Shown one piece after another: positions 25,342 to 32,000 of a DNA stretch of 32,000 nt. Below the pieces are notes generated by a model. The model worked only from the letters and a program-made list of their open reading frames with translations. It did not search any database and was not told the origin of the DNA. Source of the stretch: Delftia acidovorans NBRC 14950. Lineage in GTDB: Bacteria; Pseudomonadota; Gammaproteobacteria; Burkholderiales; Burkholderiaceae_C. Made by a program: the position numbers and the translations under genes. The stretch spans positions 30,001 through 62,000 of the forward strand of contig NZ_BCZP01000008.1 in NCBI RefSeq assembly GCF_001598795.1. The letters run 5' to 3'. Positions within the stretch are counted from its first letter, which is position 1; every line of letters begins with the position of its first letter.

Positions 25342-26280
25342 ATGGAAAACACAAGAAGCATAGGCATCCTCGGCGCAGGCGCCATGGGCACCCTGTTCGG
25401 GGCGCGGCTGGCCCGCATCGGCCTGGACGTGACCCTGGTCGATGTGAACGACGAACTGCTGCAGGCCCTGAACCGCGATGGCGCGCGCTGCCACACCGAT
25501 GAGGGGCTGCTGCAGGCCCGCGTGCATGCGGCGCGGGCCGAGCAGCTCACGGCCGGGCCCGCGCTGTGGCTGGTCTTCACCAAGTCGGCCCACACGCGCG
25601 CTGCACTGCAGGGCATTGCCCACCTCATCGGGCCGGACACGCATTTCCTGAGCCTGCAAAACGGCATAGGGCATGCCGATGTGTTGCGTGAAATGGTGCC
25701 GCTCGAACGCATCGCCGTGGGCGTGACAACCTGGCCTGCGCGCGTGATGTCGCCGGGCGAGGTCAGCTCCATGGGGCAGGGCGGTATCCGCTTCATGCCT
25801 TGCAATGGCCAGCGCAGCGCGGTCTTCGACCAACTGGCGGATGAACTCAACCGCGCAGGCATGCATTGCCGCATCGACCCGCAGGTGCAGGAAGCCATCT
25901 GGGAAAAGCTGGCCTTCAATGCCGCCTTCAACGGCGTGTGCGCCGTGACGCGCCAGACCGTGGACGGACTGGCCAATCCGCAGGGCGAGGCCCTGCTGCA
26001 GCGCGTGCTGGACGAGGTGCTGTCCGTCGCCCATGCCCATGGCGTCGCTGCCAGCGCCGAGCGCGTGGGCGGCGCCGTGCGCGATGCGCTGGACCACCAC
26101 CGGGGCCACCAGCCCTCGATGCTGCAGGACCTGCTGGCCGGCCGTGCCACCGAGACGGGCGCCATCCATGGCGCCGTGCTGCATGTGGCCGACCGCCTGG
26201 GCATTGCCGTGCCCGTGACGCGCACGCTGCACGCACTGGTCAGCCTGTCGGAGAACGCGGGCGCCGTCGCACCGCGCTGA
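25342..26280 (+). CDS. Ketopantoate reductase (PanE/ApbA) family 2-oxoacid reductase
   Basis: Track ORF 25102..26280, trimmed to MENTRSIGILGAGAMGTLFGARLA (Rossmann GxGxxG) with GGAGA upstream. Family motifs are LSLQNGIGH, WEKLAFNAAFN and PSMLQDLLAGRATE. Confidence 0.85.
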   Translation: MENTRSIGILGAGAMGTLFGARLARIGLDVTLVDVNDELLQALNRDGARCHTDEGLLQARVHAARAEQLTAGPALWLVFTKSAHTRAALQGIAHLIGPDTHFLSLQNGIGHADVLREMVPLERIAVGVTTWPARVMSPGEVSSMGQGGIRFMPCNGQRSAVFDQLADELNRAGMHCRIDPQVQEAIWEKLAFNAAFNGVCAVTRQTVDGLANPQGEALLQRVLDEVLSVAHAHGVAASAERVGGAVRDALDHHRGHQPSMLQDLLAGRATETGAIHGAVLHVADRLGIAVPVTRTLHALVSLSENAGAVAPR

Positions 26281-26322
26281 ACGCGCTTATGGCAAAACGA
26301 GCCACTACAAGAAGGAGACAAG

Positions 26323-27297
26323 ATGCTGCGCAGACAAGCACTCAAGGCCGTACTGGCCATAGGCGCCCCGCCCCTGCTGGGCATGGGCACGGCACACGCC
26401 CAGACCGGCAAGCCCGTCGAATGGGTGGTGGGCTTTGCCGCAGGCGGCGGCTCGGACGCCGTGGCGCGCACCGTGGGCGAGTCCTTTGGCAAGGCCCTGG
26501 GTCGCACCGTGGTCGTCATGAACAAGCCCGGGGCCGGCACCAACATCGCCGCCGAATACGCGGCGCGCACGCGCGAACTGGGCAGCCTGGTCTTCACGGC
26601 CGACTTCGCCACGCTGGCGGCCAATCCCCACCTGTTTCGCAAGCTGGCCTACAACGCCGAGAAGGACTTCGTGCCCATCGGCCTGCTGGCGCGCTTTCCG
26701 CTGTTCCTTGTGGTCGGCAACCAGCTGCCGGTGCACAACCTGCAGGAGTTCACGCAGTGGGTGAAGGCCCAGCCAGGCCCCGTCAGCTACGGCAGCCCGG
26801 GGCTGGGCACGCCCCACCACCTGGCCACCGAACTGCTGTCGCAGCGCATGGGCGTGAAGATGTCCCATGTGCCCTATCGCGGCGCGGGGCCGGCCCTGAT
26901 CGATGTGATCGGCGGCCAGATCCCCTTCATGCTGGCCGACAGCGCAGCGGCGGCCCAGCACATTGCGGCCGGCAAGCTGCGCGTCATCGGCGTGGCCAGC
27001 GCCGAGCGGCTCAAGAGCCACCCGGGCGTGCCCACGCTGGCCGAGCAGGGCGTGAAGGATTTCGAGGCCCATGCCTGGCAGGGCCTGGTCGCACCCGCAG
27101 GCACGGACGACGCCACCGTACAGGCCTGGTCCGTGGCGCTGCAGCAGGCGCTGCGCTCGCCTGCCGTGCTGGCGCGTTTCGAGGCGCTGTCGCTGGAGCC
27201 GCTGCCCGGCACGCCTGCGCAGATGCGTGACTACTGGCGCAGCGAAAGCCGGCGCTGGGGCCAGGTCATCGAGTCGGCGGGCATACGGCTGGATTGA
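26323..27297 (+). CDS. Bug family (TctC-like) substrate-binding protein
   Basis: 324 aa. GAAGGAG upstream. Signal peptide, then KPVEWVVGFAAGGGSDAVAR..VVMNKPGAGTNI..PYRGAGPA. Confidence 0.9.
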   Translation: MLRRQALKAVLAIGAPPLLGMGTAHAQTGKPVEWVVGFAAGGGSDAVARTVGESFGKALGRTVVVMNKPGAGTNIAAEYAARTRELGSLVFTADFATLAANPHLFRKLAYNAEKDFVPIGLLARFPLFLVVGNQLPVHNLQEFTQWVKAQPGPVSYGSPGLGTPHHLATELLSQRMGVKMSHVPYRGAGPALIDVIGGQIPFMLADSAAAAQHIAAGKLRVIGVASAERLKSHPGVPTLAEQGVKDFEAHAWQGLVAPAGTDDATVQAWSVALQQALRSPAVLARFEALSLEPLPGTPAQMRDYWRSESRRWGQVIESAGIRLD

Positions 27298-27375
27298 CCG
27301 TTGCGCCGCTGCGCCGCTGCTGCTTCAGGCGCCCTCACCGTTTTCAAGAACTCATAACCCAAGGAGACATAGCTC

Positions 27376-28374
27376 ATGCACAAGACAACCCCCTTCAGCC
27401 GCTGGCGCCGCCTGGGCCTGCTGGCCCTGCTGGGCGCTGCTGCCTCGGCGCCCGCGCTGGCACAGAAGGCCGGCGACAAATGGCCCGAGCGTCCCGTGCG
27501 CCTGGTGGTGAACTTCGCGCCCGGCGGCGCGGCCGATGTGCTGGCGCGCGCCATCACGCCCACCATGTCCCAGGTGCTGGGCCAGTCGGTGGTGGTGGAC
27601 AACAAGCCCGGTGCGGGCGGCAACATCGGCATCAGCGAAACCGTGCGCGCGCCCAAGGATGGCTACACGCTGCTGCTGAGCTCGGGCGGGGCCATCACCA
27701 TCAACCCGATGATCTACAGCAAGCTGGCCTTCAATCCCGAAAAGGATTTGACGCCCGTGGCTGCCGTGGCGCGCGTGCATGTGTTCCTGGAGACCAATCC
27801 CGCCGTGCCCGCCACCAACGTGGCCGACTTCATCAAGCACCTGAAGGCCAACCCCGGCAAGCTGTCCTACGGCTCGCCGGGCCAGGGCAGCTCGCCCCAT
27901 TTGGCCGGCGAGATGTTCAAGCGCATGGCCGGTGTCGATGCCGTGCACGCCCCCTACAAGGGCGCGGGCCCGGCGCTCAGCGACGTGCTCAGCGGGCAGT
28001 TGCAGTTCTGGTTCGACCCGGGTCCGGGCCTCAAGCAGGTGGAGGCCGGCAAGCTGCGCCTGCTGGCCATCGGCAGCCCGCACCGCTCGCCGCAGTACCC
28101 CAACGTGCCCACGCTGGCCGAAAGCGGCCTGCCGGGCTTTGATGCGGACACGCTGTTCGGCATCTACGCGCCCACGGGCACGCCCGAGTCCGTGATCGAG
28201 GCCGTTCGCACTGCCGTGGCCAAGGCGCTGGAGCAAAAGAACGTCAACGACGTCATCCTCACCCTGGGCGCCACGCCCGCGCCCCTGAGCCGCAAGGCCT
28301 TCATCGACCACCACGCCACCGAGCGCGAGCGCTTTGGCGAACTGGTGAAAGCCATCGGCCTGAAAGTGGACTGA
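27376..28374 (+). CDS. Bug family (TctC-like) substrate-binding protein
   Basis: 332 aa. AAGGAG upstream. Signal peptide, then ERPVRLVVNFAPGGAADVLAR..VVVDNKPGAGGNIG..PYKGAGPA. Confidence 0.9.
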   Translation: MHKTTPFSRWRRLGLLALLGAAASAPALAQKAGDKWPERPVRLVVNFAPGGAADVLARAITPTMSQVLGQSVVVDNKPGAGGNIGISETVRAPKDGYTLLLSSGGAITINPMIYSKLAFNPEKDLTPVAAVARVHVFLETNPAVPATNVADFIKHLKANPGKLSYGSPGQGSSPHLAGEMFKRMAGVDAVHAPYKGAGPALSDVLSGQLQFWFDPGPGLKQVEAGKLRLLAIGSPHRSPQYPNVPTLAESGLPGFDADTLFGIYAPTGTPESVIEAVRTAVAKALEQKNVNDVILTLGATPAPLSRKAFIDHHATERERFGELVKAIGLKVD

Positions 28375-28398
28375 GCTTTCCCGCAGGCCATCGCCCGC

Positions 28399-28433
28399 AA
28401 GCCGCCCGCTCCGCGCTGGCGGCTTTTTTCTTT
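28399..28433 (+). terminator. Rho-independent terminator after the Bug gene
   Basis: AAGCCGCC (28399-28406) pairs with GGCGGCTT (28418-28425), followed by TTTTTCTTT. Confidence 0.8.
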
Positions 28434-28642
28434 CCGGTCCGGGCCGGGCCGATGGGCCTTGTGCCGGCCATCTTCTATACGAAGGTATATCCCGCATCCA
28501 CCAATGAACAGGCCAGCCTTCCCAACAAAGGCTGGCCGCAGGCACTTTCGCCTTAGATAATTCCGGGCACATATTGCACTGCAGCAAACAGGGCTCCCGG
28601 CCTGCACGGGGACTGCGCCACCCACACGCAAAGGAGTACCCC

Positions 28643-28771
28643 ATGGACCCCGATCCCGATCCCGATCCCGATCCCGATCCTGCCAGGCGCTGCCGCGCCG
28701 CCCCTTCCCGTCTTTCCCTTCTTCCATTTCTTGATCTGCCCGGACCCGGGCGGAGGCCTGTGATCGCCTGA
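28643..28771 (+). CDS. Questionable 42-codon micro-ORF starting M(DP)6, with a strong SD
   Basis: AAGGAG (28631-28636) lies 6 nt before the ATG at 28643. It encodes MDPDPDPDPDPDPARRCRAAPSRLSLLPFLDLPGPGRRPVIA. Third-codon positions in the second half are T-rich, unlike real genes here, so it may be a leader ORF or not translated at all. Confidence 0.3.
   Translation: MDPDPDPDPDPDPARRCRAAPSRLSLLPFLDLPGPGRRPVIA
28646..28681 (+). repeat. Hexanucleotide simple-sequence repeat (GAYCCY)x6, with GATCCC x4 exact
   Basis: gacccc gatccc gatccc gatccc gatccc gatcct, read directly from the sequence. Confidence 0.95.
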
Positions 28772-28817
28772 AGGGGCGAGAGGTCTGCGCGGGTCCGTGG
28801 CGCCCGGAGACCTCAGG

Positions 28818-30050
28818 ATGACCCGCTTTCTCGCTTCTGAACGACCAGGCCGACCCCATGGCCAACCACATGGCCGACCCCATGACCGACCACATGGCCT
28901 GCACCAGCGCCATCCCTTGCTGGCGGCTGCATGGCCTGTGGGCGGGCTGCTGATCAGCGTGGCCATGGCCGCCTGCAACGGCCCGGCCGAGCCCACGGCA
29001 GCCGCGCATGCAGCCACCACCGCTCCGCAGCCGGCTCCCGTGCGCCGCGAAGGCAACCTCATCGTGGTGCCCGAAGGCTCGCCGCTGCGCGAGCGCCTGC
29101 AGGTGGCCGAGATCGCGCTGCAGCCGCTGCAGACCCGCCTGTCGGCCCCCGCCACCATCGAGGCCGAGCCTGAAAAGCTGGTCCGCATCACGCCGCCCGT
29201 GGCAGGCCGCCTGGTGCGCCTGCACCACCAGCTGGGCGATGCGGTGAAGGCCGGCGATGCGCTGATCACCATGGACTCCTCCGAGATCTCCAGCGTGCGT
29301 GCCGAGCACGCCAAGTCCCAGGCCGCGCTGCTGCACGCGCGCCAGGAGTTCGACCGCCAGAAGCTGCTGTTCGATGCCGAGATCGCCGCGCGCAAGGACT
29401 ACGAGGCCGCGCAGCAGTCGCTGGCCGCAGCAGGTGCCGATGCGCGCGCCGCCTCCGACCACCTGTCCCAGCTGGGTGCGGCCGTGCAGGAAGGCTCGCG
29501 CGGCAGCTACGTGGTCAAGTCGCCCATCAGCGGCCGCGTGGTCGAGATGGCGGGCTCGCAGGGCGGCTACTGGAACGATGTGAATGCCTCCGTCATGACC
29601 GTGGCCGACCTGCGCAAGGTCTGGCTCAGCGCCAGCGTCAGCGAGCGCGACCTGGCCCATGTGGACGTGGGCCAGCAGGCCCACATCGCGCTGGCCGCCT
29701 ATCCCGACCTGCAGCTGCAGGGCCGCGTGCAGTACGTGGGCGAGCTGGTGGACACCGCCACGCGCAGCGTCAAGGTGCGCGTGGCCGTGGACAACCCCGA
29801 AGGGCGGCTGCGCCCCGGCATGTTTGCGCGCGTGGGCTTCGACGCCCCGGCGCGCCAGGCCGTGATGGTGCCGGCCGCGGCCCTGCTGCAGGGCCAGGTC
29901 AGCACGCGCGTGTTCGTGGACAAGGGCGGCTGGCGCTTCGAGCCGCGCGACGTGCAGGTCGGCGCGCAGCAGGACGGCCAGGCCGAGATCCTCTCGGGCC
30001 TGGCGGCCGGCGAGCGCGTGGTGGTCAACGGGGGAGTGCTGCTGCAATGA
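28818..30050 (+). CDS. Efflux RND periplasmic adaptor (membrane fusion protein), CzcB-like
   Basis: Track ORF 28797..30050, trimmed to the ATG at 28818 (GGAGA at 28806-28810). It has a His-rich N-terminus, a hydrophobic anchor with a possible lipobox (LLISVAMAAC), and HlyD-type barrel and hairpin regions (VAGRLVRLHHQLGDAVKAGDALITMDS..). It is translationally coupled to the RND pump (ATGA). Confidence 0.88.
   Translation: MTRFLASERPGRPHGQPHGRPHDRPHGLHQRHPLLAAAWPVGGLLISVAMAACNGPAEPTAAAHAATTAPQPAPVRREGNLIVVPEGSPLRERLQVAEIALQPLQTRLSAPATIEAEPEKLVRITPPVAGRLVRLHHQLGDAVKAGDALITMDSSEISSVRAEHAKSQAALLHARQEFDRQKLLFDAEIAARKDYEAAQQSLAAAGADARAASDHLSQLGAAVQEGSRGSYVVKSPISGRVVEMAGSQGGYWNDVNASVMTVADLRKVWLSASVSERDLAHVDVGQQAHIALAAYPDLQLQGRVQYVGELVDTATRSVKVRVAVDNPEGRLRPGMFARVGFDAPARQAVMVPAAALLQGQVSTRVFVDKGGWRFEPRDVQVGAQQDGQAEILSGLAAGERVVVNGGVLLQ
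28848..28899 (+). repeat. 12-nt tandem repeat x4 (plus a partial copy) within the adaptor N-terminus
   Basis: ggccgaccccat / ggccaaccacat / ggccgaccccat / gaccgaccacat / ggcc. It is in frame and encodes GRPH GQPH GRPH DRPH G. Confidence 0.9.
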
Positions 30051-32000
30051 TCGAGCGCATCGTCAACATCGGCTTTTCGCGCCGCGGCGTGGTCTGGCTG
30101 GTCTTTTGCTTCGCGGCCCTGTATGGCGTGTTCAGCTGGAAGCAGCTGCCGCTGGAGGCCTATCCCGACATTGCCGACGTGACCTCGCAGATCGTCACCC
30201 AGGTGCCAGGCCTGGCGGCCGAGGAGATAGAGCAGCAGATCACCATCCCGCTGGAGCGTGCCCTGCTGGCCACGCCCGGCATGCACGTGCTGCGCTCGCG
30301 CAGCCTGTTCGCGCTGTCGCTGATCACCGTGGTCTTCGAGGACGGCGTGGACGGCTACTGGGCGCGCCAGCGCCTGAAGGAGCGCATCGACGAGGTCACG
30401 CTGCCCTATGGTGCCCGCGCCGGGCTGGACCCCTACAGCTCGCCCACGGGCGAGGTCTACCGCTACACGCTGGAAAGCCCCGTGCGCAGCCTGCGCGAGC
30501 TGTCCGAGCTGCAGCAGTGGGTGGTGATCCCGCGCCTGAAGAAGGCCCAGTCCGTGGTGGACGTGACCAACTTCGGCGGCCTGACCACGCAGTTCATGCT
30601 GGAGCTGGACCCGGCGCGGCTGCTGCAGTACGGGCTGGCGCTGTCCCAGGTGATCGAGGCCATCAATGCCAACAACGCCAGCGGCGGCGGCAGCGTCATC
30701 GACCGGGGCGATGTCTCCTATGTGGTGCGCGGCGTGGGCCTGCTGGGCTCGCTGGACGACATGGGCAACGTGGTCGTCAAGACCACGGACAGCGGCACGC
30801 CCGTGCTGGTCAAGGACCTGGGGCGGCTGACCTACGGCAACGTGGAGCGGCGCGGCATCCTGGGCAAGGACGGCAACTCCGACACCCTGCAGGGCATCGT
30901 GCTGCTGCTCAAAGGCTCCAACCCCTCGCAGGCGCTGGAGGGCATCCACGCCGCCGTGGAGGAGCTCAACGGCAAGCTGCTGCCGCCCGACGTGAAGGTC
31001 GTGCCCTACCTGGACCGCACCACGCTGATCGAGCGCACCACCCACACCGTGGGCAAGACCCTGGCCGAAGGCCTGATCGTCGTCACCCTGGTGCTGCTGG
31101 TCTTCCTGGGCAGCCCGCGCGCGGCGCTGATCGTGGCGCTGACCATTCCCATGGCGCTGCTGCTGGCCTTCATCTTCATGCACCACGCGAAGATTCCGGC
31201 CAACCTGCTGTCGCTGGGCGCCATCGACTTCGGCATCCTGGTGGATGGGGCCGTGGTCGTGGTCGAGAACATCCTGCGGCGCCGCGAGGCCGACCAGAAC
31301 CGGCCGCTCACGCCCAGGGACGCCATCACGGCCACGCTGCAGGTGGCGCGGCCCATCTTCTTCGGCATGTGCGTGATCGCGGCCGCCTACCTGCCGCTGT
31401 TCGCCTTCGAGCGCATCGAGTACAAGCTGTTCTCGCCCATGGCCAGCGCCGTGGGCGCGGCCCTGGTCGGGGCGCTGGCCGTGGCCCTGCTGCTCACGCC
31501 GGCCCTGGCCTGGCTGGCCTTCCGCAGGCCGCGCAGGATCTTCCACAACCCCGTGCTGCATCGGCTGGGCGTGGGCTATGACCGCTTCCTGGGCGTGGCC
31601 GTGGGCCGCGTGCGCTGGCTGGCGGGGGCCGTGGCGGCATCGCTGCTGGCGCTGGGCGTGCTGGCCGGCACCATGGGCCGCGACTTCCTGCCGTACCTGG
31701 ACGAAGGCTCCATCTGGCTGCAGGTGCAGATGCCGCCCGGCATCACGCTGGACAAGGCGCGCGACATGGCCGACGCGCTGCGCAGCGCCGCACTGGAGTT
31801 CCCCGAGGTCTCCTACATCGTCACCCAGACCGGGCGCAACGATGACGGCACCGACTACTGGACGCCTTCGCACATCGAGGCCAGCGTGGGCCTGCATCCC
31901 TATGGCGAATGGAAGTCGGGCCTGACCAAGCAGCAGCTGATCGCGAAGATGGCCGCGCGCTTCGACCAGCTGCCCGGTTATTCCGTGGGCTTCATGCAGC
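30047..32000 (+). CDS. czcA: Heavy-metal efflux RND pump, CzcA family (HME-RND); 3' end beyond the window
   Basis: Absent from the track because it is open to the window end. My translation reads MIERIVNIGFSRRGVVWLVFCFAALYGVFSWKQLPLEAYPDIADV... It contains LGAIDFGILVDGAVVVVEN, the DFG-x3-DGA-x3-VEN TM4 signature of divalent-cation HME pumps. CusA-type pumps differ at this motif. Confidence 0.9.
   Translation, partial: MIERIVNIGFSRRGVVWLVFCFAALYGVFSWKQLPLEAYPDIADVTSQIVTQVPGLAAEEIEQQITIPLERALLATPGMHVLRSRSLFALSLITVVFEDGVDGYWARQRLKERIDEVTLPYGARAGLDPYSSPTGEVYRYTLESPVRSLRELSELQQWVVIPRLKKAQSVVDVTNFGGLTTQFMLELDPARLLQYGLALSQVIEAINANNASGGGSVIDRGDVSYVVRGVGLLGSLDDMGNVVVKTTDSGTPVLVKDLGRLTYGNVERRGILGKDGNSDTLQGIVLLLKGSNPSQALEGIHAAVEELNGKLLPPDVKVVPYLDRTTLIERTTHTVGKTLAEGLIVVTLVLLVFLGSPRAALIVALTIPMALLLAFIFMHHAKIPANLLSLGAIDFGILVDGAVVVVENILRRREADQNRPLTPRDAITATLQVARPIFFGMCVIAAAYLPLFAFERIEYKLFSPMASAVGAALVGALAVALLLTPALAWLAFRRPRRIFHNPVLHRLGVGYDRFLGVAVGRVRWLAGAVAASLLALGVLAGTMGRDFLPYLDEGSIWLQVQMPPGITLDKARDMADALRSAALEFPEVSYIVTQTGRNDDGTDYWTPSHIEASVGLHPYGEWKSGLTKQQLIAKMAARFDQLPGYSVGFMQ

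Noticed and set aside
28646-28681. The hexamer repeat as a CRISPR array or as Dam (GATC) regulatory sites
   Set aside because: The units are contiguous 6-mers with no spacers, so it is not a CRISPR array. Nothing in the window supports Dam methylation in this organism.
28797-30050. Absence of an outer-membrane factor (CzcC-like) gene upstream of the adaptor as an anomaly
   Set aside because: The operon continues beyond the window end, and an OMF gene may lie downstream of the pump. This cannot be assessed from this window.

Overview
High-GC proteobacterial chromosomal segment. The three orphan Bug/TctC binding proteins and the gene order suggest Burkholderiales, possibly Comamonadaceae, but this is inference only. 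Most of the window is ordinary core and metabolic DNA. Left to right: a partial MFS transporter; a Fur-box-preceded four-gene cluster (imelysin, DUF1111 di-haem protein, imelysin-like protein, DUF1513); a short AT-rich islet next to a tRNA(CAT); a minus-strand block (enoyl-CoA hydratase, M61 peptidase, DsbC, UbiH-family monooxygenase); a MOSC protein; and ychF. A small accessory patch follows: a translationally coupled CbrC-family and SUKH/SMI1-KNR4 pair, a 48-codon hsdR N-terminal relic, and a YhcG/DUF1016 PDDEXK nuclease, the last two bracketed by C-rich direct repeats of about 80-95 bp. Next come nrtR-nadC with a perfect 9-7-9 palindrome on the nadC promoter, a Bug protein and 3-hydroxybutyrate dehydrogenase. 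A LysR-controlled cluster then holds a benzoylformate-decarboxylase-like enzyme, a PanE-family reductase and two Bug proteins. The window ends with a CzcBA-type heavy-metal RND operon (partial), preceded by an unusual repeat-rich leader. I found no rRNA, CRISPR array, intact transposase or integrase. Many long ORFs in the track are antisense or out-of-frame shadows typical of high-GC DNA and were discarded. The most interesting items are the toxin-less CbrC+SUKH pair (the SUKH protein has an L7/L12-CTD-like tail), the repeat-flanked R-M relic cassette upstream of nrtR, the tRNA-adjacent AT-rich islet with dense dyad motifs, and the (GATCCC)n micro-ORF leader of the RND operon. I cannot point to a clearly novel multi-gene system; all functional calls are by-eye motif recognition and need profile or database confirmation.
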